Positions 50,405 through 62,910 of a stretch of DNA of 64,000 nucleotides are shown here, piece after piece; position 1 is the first letter of the stretch, and every line of letters begins with the position of its first letter. The translations under genes were made by a program, and so were the position numbers. The stretch lies in contig NIVC01000319.1 in the NCBI GenBank assembly GCA_002269645.1, positions 613,871-677,870 of the forward strand, in the 5' to 3' direction. The notes under the pieces are model-generated. The model ran no database searches. It had not been told where the DNA came from and saw only the letters and a list, made by a program, of their open reading frames with translations. This stretch comes from Macrostomum lignano (Eukaryota).

Positions 50405-52065
50405 GCCCCAGAATATCACAGTGGGTCGGGAAGTGCCCAGAATGTGACAGTGGGTCAGGAAGTTCCCCAGAATGTGACAGTGTGACAGTGGGTCAGGAAG
50501 TTCCCCAGAATGTGACAGTGTGACAGTGGGTCAGGAAGTTCCCCAGAATGTGACAGTGGGTCAGGAAGTTCCCCAGAATGTGACAGTGGGTCAGGAAGTT
50601 CCCCAGAATGTGACAGTGTGACAGTGGGTCAGGAAGTTCCCCAGAATGTGACAGTGTGACAGTGGGTCAGGAAGTTCCCCAGAATGTGACAGTGGGTCAG
50701 GAAGTTCCTCAGAATGTGACAGTGTGACAGTGGGTCAGGAAGTGCCCCAGAATGTGACAGTGGGTCAGGAAGTGCCCCAGAATGTGACAGTAGGTCAGGA
50801 AGTTCCCCAGAATGTGACAGTGTGACAGTGGGTCAGGAAGTTCCCCAGAATGTGACAGTGTGACAGTGGGTCAGGAAGTTCCCCAGAATGTGACAGTGTG
50901 ACAGTGGGTCAGGAAGTTCCCCAGAATGTGACAGTGGGTCAGGAAGTTCCTCAGAATGTGACAGTGTGACAGTGGGTCAGGAAGTGCCCCAGAATGTGAC
51001 AGTGGGTCAGGAAGTGCCCCAGAATGTGACAGTAGGTCAGGAAGTTCCCCAGAATGTGACAGTGTGACAGTGGGTCAGGAAGTTCCCCAGAATGTGACAG
51101 TGTGACAGTGGGTCAGGAAGTTCCCCAGAATGTGACAGTGTGACAGTGGGTCAGGAAGTGCCCAGAATATGACAGTAGGTCAGGAAGTGCCCAGAATATG
51201 ACAGTAGGTCAGGAAGTGCCCAGAATATGACAGTAGGTCAGGAAGTGCCCCAGAATGTGACAGTGGATCAGGAAGTGCCCCAGAATGTGACAGTGAGTCA
51301 GGAAGTGCCCCAGAATATGACAGTGGATCAGGAAGTGCCCCAGAATGTGACAGTAGGTCAGGAAGTTCCCCAGAATGTGACAGTGTGACAGTGGGTCAGG
51401 AAGTTCCCCAGAATGTGACAGTGTGACAGTGGGTCAGGAAGTTCCCCAGAATGTGACAGTGTGACAGTGGGTCAGGAAGTGCCCCAGAATGTGACAGTGG
51501 GTCAGGAAGTGCCCAGAATATGACAGTAGGTCAGGAAGTGCCCCAGAATGTGATAGTAGGTCAGGAAGTGCCCCAGAATATGACAGTAGGTCAGGAAGTT
51601 CCCCAGAATGTGACAGTGTGACAGTGGGTCAGGAAGTTCCCCAGAATGTGACAGTGTGACAGAGGGTCAGGAAGTGCCCAGAATATGACAGTAGGCCAGG
51701 AAGTGCCCAGAATATGACAGTAGGTCAGGAAGTGCCCAGAATATGACAGTAGGTCAGGAAGTGCCCCAGAATGTGACAGTGGATCAGGAAGTGCCCCAGA
51801 ATGTGACAGTGGGTCAGGAAGTGCCCCAGAATGTGACAGTGGATCAGGAAGTGCCCCAGAATGTGACAGTGGGTCAGGAAGTGCCCAGAATATGACAGTA
51901 GGTCAGGAAGTGCCCCAGAATGTGATAGTAGGTCAGGAAGTGCCCAGAATATGACAGTAGGTCAGGAAGTGCCCCAGAATGTGACAGTGGATCAGGAAGT
52001 GCCCCAGAATGTGACAGTGAGTCAGGAAGTGCCCCAGAATGTGACAGTGGGTCAGTAAGTGACAG
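50405..52065. repeat. 30/37-bp satellite GTGACAGTGGGTCAGGAAGT(T/G)CCCCAGAAT
   Basis: Read directly; between units D and E. Confidence 0.95.
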
Positions 52066-52299
52066 TATAAGTCAGAGCGAGAACTCTAAGCAAACTGGGT
52101 TTAAGAAAAGCTCCCTCCAGTGTTAGCAGCCACTCCCATAGCCTTAGGAACTCCTCAGATTTTCGGTGCCTCCACAACGTACAGAGACAAATTCTCTATT
52201 AAAAGACTGTCGTCCAGATGAATATCAAGTTTGTCAGGTGTATTTTTGCTACTGACCAGTTTCAGAACTGAGAGACCTCGTGTGAGTCAATAAAAACAG

Positions 52300-54643
52300 A
52301 TGGAGAACATTCTTCCGGATGAGCTGCTCACGCAGATCCTGTCCGAGCTGGACCAGACCAGCCTCGGCCGGTGCGCTCAGCTGAGCAGGCGCTGGCGGCG
52401 GCTCGCCACGCAGCCGCGGCTGTGGCGCAAAATCCGCATTGACGGGTACAGATGCAGCCTGGATGCCGAGCTGATGGCGCGCCTCGGAGACTGGCTGGGT
52501 GACAGCCTGCAGGAGATTTCGATCAAATGTCTGAAGTCCAACGATAATCTGCGGGAACTTCTGGTCAGAGCCGAAAATTTGACCAGCCTCAGCATCCATT
52601 CTGCATCCGAAAGCTGCTGCGCATTGCGATATTTGGGTCTCTGTCGCAACCTCAAGGAGCTTCGAGTCAGCGAAAGCCGCAAGTTGGTGACGGAGGATTC
52701 GCTGAACCTTCTGCTGTACTCCTGCCCAGAGCTGTCCGTGCTGGAGATCAGCAGTCTGGATGACTTCTGGGATGACACGAATCCTCGGGTGGGCAGGCTG
52801 TTCTCAACCCTGGTGAGCCACCTCACGAGTTTGTCCGTCTGCTTCGCTGATGCCACCAAACTTCTGAGGGACCTGACGAAGTGTCCGCGACTCACGAGTC
52901 TCAACTTTGCGTTTCCTGATATTGCAAGTGAGGCAATTTTTTATTTTGAAATGCCAAACTTTACCCCAGTCTTCTTTGTAGAGGCCTGCGGCAATGGCCC
53001 AGTTTTTTTATGATGATGATTGTGATGATAGTGATGAAGATGATGATGATGATGATGATTGTGATGATGATGATGGAGATGATGATGATGATAATGATGA
53101 TAATGATGATGATGATGGAGATGATGTTGATGTTGATGCTGATGATGATGATGCTGATGATGCTGATGCTGATGATGATGATGCTGATGGTGATGATGGA
53201 GATGATGATGATGATGATGATGAAGATGATGATGATGATGGAGATGATGTTGATGTTGATGCTGATGCTGATGATGATGATGGTGATGATGCTGATGCTG
53301 ATGATGATGATGCTGATGGTGATGATGGAGATGATGATGATGATGATGATGAAGATGATGATGATGATGGAGATGATGTTGATGTTGATGCTGATGCTGA
53401 TGATGATGATGGTGATGATGCTGATGCTGATGATGATGATGCTGATGGTGATGATGCTGATGGTGATGATGATGATGCTGATGGTGATGATGCTGATGGT
53501 GATGATGCTGATGCTGATGATGATGATAATGCTAATGATGATGAAGATAATGATGATGATGATAATGATGATGATGATGATGATGATGAAAAGAATCTGT
53601 CGCAGCTAACTGTCATACATCGCTAGGCCGCTTGGCAACAAGTTTTGCTCCATCAGAGTTCCTCGGTGTTGCAGGTTTCGTTCGCATCCTGCGCTGCACT
53701 CCCAACCTGGCCTGCCTCAGGGCGACCGGCTACAATAGTCTGGACGATGCCGCTAATCTCCAGCTGCCAGCGCTGCCTCATCTTCGCCGGTCTGACCTAA
53801 TCTTTCATGAAGCGCGCGCTGAGACCACAATGCCTCTGATTCAGCGAGTCCCCGCGCTCAAAGTCTTGTCATTCTGCGGCAACATGTCGGTCACCGACTA
53901 CCAGCGCATCGCTCAAAAACTGCCAGCCAACCTGACCCACCTGGTGCTGTTTCGCTCCGAAACCGATTGGACTCAAGTGGACAGCCTGCCGCCGCTGCCC
54001 GCCAGCCTGCGGTACCTGGTGCTCGAGACATGGGGTGTGGACACGACACCACAGCTGATCGGCGCAATAACTGCCTGCTCAGGTGAGCTGCTCTCTTTTC
54101 CGCTCATTATAACAAAGAGCCATAATGTTTTGAAATGAGAGTATTGTATTGACTCATCCCAACCCAGCTCTAGAGCACGTGACTCTGGCCAGCAGTGCCA
54201 CTGACGACCTGCTGCCGGCTCTGCTCTCCCGGCTGCCCCGCCTGCGCTGCCTTCGCCTCACCGACTGCCGCCGCCTGACCAGCCAGGCCTGGGCGAGTCT
54301 GCGACACTTGCAGAGCCTCGCCGCCTCGCCGTTGCCCGACCTGCACGAGTTCCGGATTGAGAATTGCAGCGAGTCCAGCCTCACTGATGAGGCGGTGGCC
54401 GATCTGTGCGGCAGTCCGGTCGCCAGGGGCCTGCGGCGGCTCCAACTTCACTCGTGCAACCAGCTAACCGCCGCCTCTCTCGCCAGCATCGCCAGCGGCT
54501 GCCCGTGGCTGTCAGAGCTGAAGCTGCTCGGCTCCCACCGACTCATCGGGCAGGCCGACCTGCAGGCCTTCCACTCTGCCTACCAGCGCTGCGTCTCAGT
54601 AGAGCTGAGCGGCTCTCCCAGCCTGTTAGAGTTTCATTTTTGA
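52300..54643 (+). CDS. F-box/LRR unit E, open frame, ~519 aa; exons 52300-52927, 53627-54082, 54168-54643
   Basis: MENILPDELL F-box; phase-1 junctions a|gtgagg, tag|gc, g|gtgagc, cag|ct; 1560 nt in frame. Confidence 0.8.
53010..53590. repeat. (GAT)n-based trinucleotide repeat in unit E intron 1
   Basis: Read directly. Confidence 0.95.
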
Positions 54644-55757
54644 GGGCTCCCTCCAAGTTTCTTGGGCACATCGGACATTTGACTGACATTGGATGCGGAT
54701 GTAATGAAAATGAAATGTTTAAACTTTCTGTTGGTTGATGTGCGTTTAGACTATTCAATATTTCCTACAGCTAATGGTTGAAAATGTGTCTTTTCTACTA
54801 CTGGAAACTCGAAACATGTTATTTTTTTAGTTTTCTTGTTTATTTCTTTAAAATTGAATAAAAATTCCTCCGTTGTTTATGCAGACTTTTGGATCTTTAA
54901 TTATTTCTGTAGCAAGTTGAACTTCCGTGTTTTTAAAGCTTTTAACGATGTTATATTTCTAAGAAATCTTTCATGCGCAGAAAGCAGAATTTTGGACCAA
55001 GTTTATACGAATGAAGTTTTAGGTTTCTCCTAACTTTTTTGAATAAAAAATAAAAAGGTAGCTATTATTCAATATTTATTCGAATCTTTCGATTATTTAA
55101 TCCTATTAGCATTGCCTAATTTCTTTACAGCGACACGCATACATAATCGTGAAAGCTTCTGATCGTGCTTTCTGAAACAAGTCACATATTATACGATAAT
55201 GCGACGTATATTTGAGAGTATATACGGATAAATAATTTTTTAGTATAGTGGACTAGCCATTTAACCCCTTTCGGGTGGCTCCTGGGTGCCTACGAGCTAC
55301 AGCCCGCAACTGACGGAGCTCAGAACTCAGCTATTCAGCGGGTTTTCCTGCTCAGCCGAGAGCCTTGCAGAGCGTGAAGTCGCTGTGGCTTTCAGACTGT
55401 TTTCATGCCAAAGAGACTGTGTTCTCGTTCTCCGAAAAGTGTTGATTATATTTCTGCTAACTCTTTTGCATCCATATTAGTATTTAGTAGTGTCAGAGCT
55501 ACAAGTCTTTGTTATGACCGAATGGAATATTTTTTGCAGCTTGAGATAATTTCTAAACGTAGCTGAAGTCTCCGATCACTGAAGAGCTTCAGTTGTCAGA
55601 AATCAGTGCAAATTCACAAATGCAAACAGACAGCAGGAGCGGCTGAACCTTCAAAGTTTAGCAGGCGAACACTTTTCATGGCTTCTTAAATGTTTCCAAT
55701 TATGTTATTAGCATTATGATGGAAATGTTATAATGTTATACAATAAACAACTTCCAG

Positions 55758-58700
55758 CCCCACATTGAGCAGCTGCCAGAGGAGCTGCTCACGCAGATCC
55801 TGTCCGAGCTGGACCAGACCAGCCTCGGCCGGTGCGCTCAGCTGAGCAGGCGCTGGCGGCGGCTCGCGACGCAGCCGCGGCTGTGGCGCAAAATCCGCAT
55901 TGACGGCCGCACCGCAGATGCCGAGCTGATGGAGCGGCTCAGAGACTGGCTGGGCGGCAGCGTGCGGGAGATCTCGGCCTGCGGACTGACAGCCGAGCAC
56001 CGGCTGCCACTGCTGCTGGCCGCATCCGCCAGCCTCACCTGCCTCAGCCTGAGCTGTCTCAGTCAAGCTGATGTCCTTGTGACCGAGGTGGCCCGCAACT
56101 GCCGCAGCCTTCAAAGCCTGCGCCTTCTTGACTGCCCGGCCGCGCTGTCAGCTGACTCGCTGAGCGGCCTGCTGTCCGGCTGTCTCAGCCTGTCGCTGCT
56201 GGAGGTCGGCGACAATCGCGATGAGGCCGACGTTGACTGGCTGGGAGATCAGCGGGTGCGCCGGCTCTTCCGCGAGCTGGCGGGCTGCCTCTCCAGCCTG
56301 TCCGCGCACTTCAACGGCGCTGCTGGCCTTCTGAGCGGCCTGCCTGCGTGCCCGCGACTTACCAGCCTGTCTGTTGTTGTCTCCCTGTGGCCAGGTGAGA
56401 ACCAGGCGCACTTTATCTGCGTGACGCCATACAGTCAGCCTTGACGTAGGGCTTAAAAACCTAGAGACCTTAACTTCGCAGCTGTATCAATAAGATTTGT
56501 GCGCTGTATCAATAAGATTTTATTGACTTACATGCAGAAAATGAATATCGTAGCAGTTTACGTCGCTTTACTTATGTGCATTTCATTACTGACAGTGACA
56601 CCAACCCCAATAAATTTGGAATAGAATTCGTGCAAGAATTAACAAAACATTCTCTGACTTTTGCAGACAAATCGACTATATTGTTGGAAACAGGGAAAAA
56701 CTGTCTTTTCAGTCTGTGAAGGCACATTGTTACGCTGAGGCAAAGATACTATATTGCTGAGTCAATTAGCAAGCTGTCTTACGCCTGCAAGCTTGGGCTT
56801 CTAAACTTATCAAAGTCATTTCAGCTTATGTATTCTTCTTTGCCACTGAACTGAAAGTAGAAAGCTGTTTTACTAAGTAATAGCTCGTATGCCTGAGTGG
56901 CCTATCTAGTTATATTATGTATTTACATTGGCCAGTCCACTGAAGTGTACATGGCCGCTTTAGACTGGAACTCCAAGAAAGGCAATAAAAATTGGGGTGG
57001 GGGTGGGGGTGTGGAAAGGCGCGGTTTCAGCAGGGGAGGTAAGAGCCAATAAATGAGCCTTGGCTTTAAAAATACATTAAAATGCTTCCGTTTAACTTAC
57101 TACTGAACTGAAAGTAGCTTACATGCAAATGTGCTGAGTGGCCCATCTTAGTTATTCTAGCATCTGTGGGCTGAGGATTCCACTGGCGCTGTCAAGGCTT
57201 TTTTGCAAACCAAAGTACCAGCTATAGAGTCCTGCATGGTTTTGAGTCTATGTTGACCTTCCCACCTGACTTTGCCGCAGCCGCAGGGCGGACATTACAT
57301 TTAAGCAAGATTTACCTGTCCGTGCCTGACCAGGCTGTTCAGGAACCTCAGTTTTACGAGCGTATTTCAACGAGGAACCGAATATATAGTAAAAACTGCA
57401 AGCCAGATGCAGCACCAAAAAAGTTTCCGTAGGGGTGAATCCCCACTTTGGTAGATCTGCTGCTAACCGGTCTTTCCTTTCTCAAGAGCTGCCAGGGCTG
57501 CTCAGCTGCGCTCCGAACCTGACCGACCTGACGGCGCGCGTCTTGGAGCCGTCCGACTCGCCACCAGGCCGCCCGCAGCTGCCGGCGCTGCCCCGCCTGA
57601 CCCGCCTGAGACTCGCTGATGAGAGCTGCTGGACAGCCGAGTCCGTCCTGCAACTGCTGGCCGGCTGCCCGCGACTCGGCAGTCTCAGCCTGCACTGCTG
57701 GTGGCAGGCGACCGGCCCGGACTATTGGCACATTGTGCGGGCCCTGCCGCCCGGTCTGGCCGAGTTGAGCCTCTGCGGCTTCGGCTGGGCCGGCGTGGAC
57801 GCAGCGGACCTGGCCGAGCCGCTGGCACCCAGCCTGCGCCGACTGCAGCTCTGCGGGCCCGGCAGCTGCGTCAGCGGAGCCCGAGTGATGGAGGCTCTGG
57901 CCAGCTGCTCGGGTAATTGCTGCACTGAAATGCATTATTCCACGAGGTATGTTGGGTGTCCTTGGTCTTCTGGCCTCTCAATAGTATGGCTCTTTAATAA
58001 TTTCGGTTATCAATGCGAGAGCCAAATAGTTGAGACGGCGGATTCAACTGACTTTTCCTGATGCTGGCAATCGCGTGATGTTAACTTACAGACCGTTGTA
58101 CTTGATGTCCGCAATCTAAATCATGTTGTCTCACAGTTGACTGCACCTGCCCTAATGGCCAGATGTGCAAACGACAGCTCAGCCGCAGCTATTGCGCAGC
58201 ACATCGGAAGGCTGCGTACGGCTGTTCAGTCCAAGGACTGAAGGGACCACCACACACCCTCAATTACCCCAGCTAATGCTGGCAGAGTTGAATGTCTTGC
58301 TCAAGGACACAAGCTTCTTGTTTGGTTTCAACAGCGGTTTATATAGGTTTTCAGTCTTTCGCATTGAAGGATAATCTAGATGGTACATGACTGCTTCTCA
58401 TTGGCGGATTCGAATATTCTGCATCTTGTGCCCTGGCCTTGGATGTACTTTGAATTGAGTGCTGCTGTTAGCATGCGGATCGTAATCATGATTTTGCTTC
58501 TTCCCTTGCAAACAGGCCTGACCCACCTGACCCTGGATGTGAGCCATGACGACCTGCTGCCGGCTCTGCTCTCCGGGCTGCCCCGCCTGCGCTGCCTTCG
58601 CCTCACCGACTGCAGCCGCCTGACCAGCCAGGCCTGGGCGAATCTGCGAGACCTGCAGAGCCTCGCCGCCTCGCCGCTGCCGGACCTACACGAGTTCCGG

Positions 58701-58976
58701 GTTGACAACTGCATGGAGTCCCGCCTCACTGATGAGGCGGTGACCGATCTGTGCGGCAGGGGCCTGCGGAGACTGAGCCTGCACCCGTGCAACCAGCTGA
58801 CCGCCGCCTCTCTCGCCAGCATCGCCAGCGGCTGCCCGTGGCTGTCAGAGCTGAAGCTCTTCGGCTCCCACCGGCTCATCGGGCAGGCCGACCTGCAGGC
58901 CTTCCACTCTGCCTACCAGCGCTGCATCTCAGTAGAGCTGAGCGGCTCTCCCAGCGTGCAGGAGTTCTATTTTTAA
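55758..58976 (+). CDS. F-box/LRR unit F, open frame; exons 55758-56394, 57487-57912, 58516-58976; start exon not located
   Basis: Phase-0 acceptor before PHIEQLPEELL, phase-1 junctions, 1524 nt in frame; lacks SPVA of paralog last exons. Confidence 0.8.
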
Positions 58977-59004
58977 AGACTCCCCAAGTCTCTTGGGAGC
59001 ATTG

Positions 59005-59795
59005 GACTGACATTGGACACTGGACAATGGACACTGGACAATGGACACTGGACATTGGACACTGGACAATGGAAACTGGACAATGGACACTGGCCAATGG
59101 ACACTGGACATTGGACACTAGATATTTTAGACACTGGATATTTTAGACACTGGATATTTTAGACACTGGATATTTTAGACACTGGATATTTTAGACACTG
59201 GATATTTTAGACACTGGATATTTTAGACACTGGATATTTTAGACACTGGATATTTTAGACACTGGATATTTTAGACACTGGATATTTTAGACACTGGATA
59301 TTGGACATTGGACATAGGACATTGGACATTGGACATTGGACATAGGACATTGGACACTGGATATTGGACACTGGATATTGGCACTGGACATTGGACATTG
59401 GACACTGGACATTGGACAGTGGAAATTGGACCTGGATATTGGACACTGGACATTGGACACTAGACATTGGACACTGGACATTGGACACTGGACAATGGAC
59501 ACTAGACATTGGACACTGGACATTGGACACTGGACATTGGAAACTAGACATTGGACACTGGACATTGGACACTAGACATTGGACACTGGACATTGGACAC
59601 TAGACATTGGACACTGGACATTGGACACTAGACATTGGACACTGGACATTGGACAGTGGAAATTGGACCTGGATATTTTAGACACTGGATATTGGACATA
59701 GGACATATAACATAGGACATTGGACACTGGACATAGGACATAGGACATTGGACACTGGACATTGGACATTGGACATAGGAAATTGGACATAGGAT
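59005..59795. repeat. 7-bp GGACATT/GGACACT array with an embedded 16-bp GGATATTTTAGACACT block
   Basis: Read directly; starts just after the unit F stop. Confidence 0.95.
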
Positions 59796-60293
59796 GTTAA
59801 TCTGTTGTATTTTATATAGCTGTGTAAACTGAAAGTTTCATTTGTATGTTTTCTGTTGGAGCTGAACAATTAGAAACTTTGGAGTGGTGCAGTCAATATA
59901 TGCCGCTTCCTGATAAGCAAAGCGGGCACAGAGGCTCCCCTGGCCAGAGACTAAGAAGAGAGCTGCTTTAATAGCTACGGTACTTAATGCTATAAGAAAG
60001 TTTGCATCACTCTACGCTCGCAACGAGTGTTCTCTATTCCAGCTAACCAGCATGTCTGCTGTACAGGTGAGAGAATTGATTTCAATTAAGCATGAAGTTA
60101 CATGCTTTTGTAAAAACATTAGAAAACTTGAAATCTTTCGGTCCGCTCTAACAATAATAGTCCCGGAGGAAGCAATTCCGAATATCTAGTGAACCAACCG
60201 TGTCCCATGAGGGTTGAGGACTCGGACGTCCTTCAGATTTTCTTCTTACTTCTGGCGCATATCTCCTCCTATAGTTGACGTGGCTCTTCGGTG

Positions 60294-60769
60294 TGTGAAG
60301 GCGTGTATGGAGACTACGAGCTACATGGCCGTTGAATTTCCCGAGACGGCTCAGGGAGCTGCGCAACCAGCTGGGGTGAGCTCGTCCAACTGGGAGACGC
60401 CCAGGTCCCGCCTGATTCTGCGATATTTGCAAACCGAACCTGGTTGCAGCACAAGTACGCAACAGTCAGCGGTCCACTGGCAACAGCACTGCATTAAAAT
60501 GACTCGTACTGCACGGTCGCACGAGAGCCAGAGAGACTAAGAGCGGGAAGGCCCGCGCTTTAAATAGCAAAGGGGAGAGAGGGGAGGGAGGCGGGGATAG
60601 TCAGCCACGACACCCCCCCTTTGCCGGCCAGCCAATCACGAGGCGCCGCGGCACAGGGCAGAGAAGAAACTGGGGCTGAGAGGTAAGAAACAAGCCCCCA
60701 AACCCCGATCTGACCCATCCGGGCCAGCCAGAGCAAGGGAGAGAGAGGAGGAGGCAGCACAACACAACA
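60294..60769 (-). mobile_element. Second, diverged solo-LTR-like copy upstream of unit G
   Basis: Shares actgcacggtc..ggcccgcgctttaaatagca..gccagccaatcacg..gccgcggcacagggcaga with 38891-39060. Confidence 0.5.
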
Positions 60770-61447
60770 GATGTGATCCGTCAGCGTAGCTGTAAACCTC
60801 TCAAGACAGTCGAGGTGCTGAAAAGCCTTCGGGTTTTCTTTGAAGCGCTCCCTGACTTGTCCACAGATCGAGAGGCTCTCCGACGCGCTGCTCACGCGGA
60901 TTCTGTCCGAGCTAGACCACCAATGCCTCGGCCGGTGTGCTCAGCTGAGCAGGCGCTGGCGGCGGCTCGCCGTGCAGCCGCAGCTGTGGCGCTCAGTGCC
61001 AGTCCGGATCCGAGGCCGGAACCTGCCGTCCCGCCTGCCCGAGTCGCTGCTGGAGCTGCAGGTGGAGGTCGGTGCGGGCGCCAAGCTGTCGCCTTTGCTC
61101 AGATGGCTGCCGGTTCTACAGCGCCTCTCCATCGCTGACTGCAGCTTCGCAGACTCACAGAATCCGCTGATCGCTTTGGGTCGGAGCTGCCTGGACCTGC
61201 GCGAGCTCCGCCTTCAGTTCTGCCGGAACGCGCTGACAGCGGCCTCGTTGAGCAGCCTGGTAGCCGGCTGTCCGAGACTGTCCCTGCGCCGACGATGATG
61301 ACGAAGTATTCGCGCTTTTTTTCCAGCTGGTGCCGCGCCTCTCCAGCCTCGATGTGGTGCATCAAAGTGCACAGTTCGTTTCATCGGCCTGGTTCGCTCG
61401 GTTCAAAGATCTGCTGCCCGAGTGCCCGCGGCTCGCCAGCCTCTCCA

Positions 61448-62010
61448 TCTTCTCCTGGGACTGGACCCGTGAGTCAGATCTCCTGGGACTGGACCCGTGA
61501 GTCAGATCTTCTCCTGGGACTGGACCCGTGAGTCAGATCTTGTCCTGGGACTGGACCCGTGAGTCAGATCTTGTCCTGGGACTGGACCCGTGAGTCAGAT
61601 CTTCTCCTGGGACTGGACCCGTGAGTCAGATCTCCTCCTGGGACTGGACCCGTGAGTCAGATCTTCTCCTGGGACTGGACCCGTGAGTCAGATCTCCTGG
61701 GACTGGACCCGTGAGTCAGATCTTCTCCTGGGACTGGATTCGTGAGTCAGATCTTCTCCTGGGACTGGACCCGTGAGTCAGATCTTACCCTGGGACTGGA
61801 CCCGTGAGTCAGATCTTACCCTGGGACTGGACCCGTGAGTCAGATCTTGTCCTGGGACTGGACCCGTGAGTCAGATCTTCTCCTGGGACTGGACCCGTGA
61901 GTCAGATCTTGTCCTGGGACTGGACCTGTGAGTCAGATCTTCTCCTGGGACTGGACCCGTGAGTCAGATGTTACCCTGGGACTGGACTCGTGAGTCAAAT
62001 CTTACCCTGG
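61448..62010. repeat. 30-33-bp array repeating the exon-end donor GGACCC|GTGAGT, ~17 copies
   Basis: Unit tctcctgggactggacccgtgagtcagatct. Confidence 0.95.
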
Positions 62011-62565
62011 GGCCGGACCCGTTACTTTTATCTTTTTATCACACACTCTGGGCGCCTTTTGATGGGGCGCCAGAGTGCGGATAATGCTGGAAGACCAATT
62101 TTCACTGATATACTCGGTTTTCCAATTTGAGCTGAGAAAATTTCTGATTACAGAGTTTCTGCAGCTGCTGAGCAAGACGCCGAACCTGAAGGACCTCACA
62201 GTCAACTGCATTGGGTCGCTGGAAGAAAGATTTCATCAAAAGAAGTTTCAGCTGCCTTCCCTCCGTAGCATTCGCGTCTGCGACCTCCACCGCAACCGCT
62301 GGAGCTCCGAGTCCGTGCTGGCTCTGTTGAGCTGCTTCCCGGAGATCTGCAGCATCGGCCTCAGCCTGAATATGGCTGATGGGGAGCTTCAGCAGCTGCT
62401 CCGAGCGCTGCCTGGCAACCTGGAGGAGCTTCAGGTTAGCGTGCAGAGGTACGAGAAGCAGGTGGTGGACAGCCTCTTTGACAAGCTGCCAGCCTGCCTG
62501 TGGTCTCTCCAGCTGGAAGGCTTCATGGACTGCGGAATGCAGCTGGTTGAAGCCTTGAGTGGCTG

Positions 62566-62910
62566 CTCAGGTGAGCGGGTCTGGCGCTGGTGTGGGCTGG
62601 TGGCTGCTCAGGTGAGCGGGTCTGTTGCTGATGTGGACTGGTGGCTGCTCAGGTGAGCGGCTCTGTTGCTGGTGTGGGCTGGTGGCTGCTCAGGTGAGCG
62701 GGTCTGTTGCTGGTGTGGGCTGGTGGCTGCTCAGGTGAGCGGGTCTGTTGCTGCTGGTGTGGGCTGGTGGCTGCTCAGGTGAGCGGGTCTGTTGCTGGTG
62801 TGAGCTGGTGACTGCTCAGGTGAGCGGGTCTGTTGCTGGTGTGGGCTGGTGGCTGCTCAGGTGAGCGGGTCTGCAGCTGGTGTGGGCTGTGGCTGCTCAG
62901 GTGAGCGGGT
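62566..62910. repeat. 41-bp donor-containing array, same unit as 46441-46820
   Basis: ctcaggtgagcgggtctgttgctggtgtgggctggtggctg. Confidence 0.95.

Noticed and set aside
52994-53626. Poly-Asp protein or DNA mimic
   Set aside because: A (GAT)n repeat in unit E intron 1; none of the nearby AG sites I checked puts it in frame with the phase-1 donor
59255-59869. MSSVQCP and WTLDIGH repeat ORFs
   Set aside because: Translations of the 7-bp array
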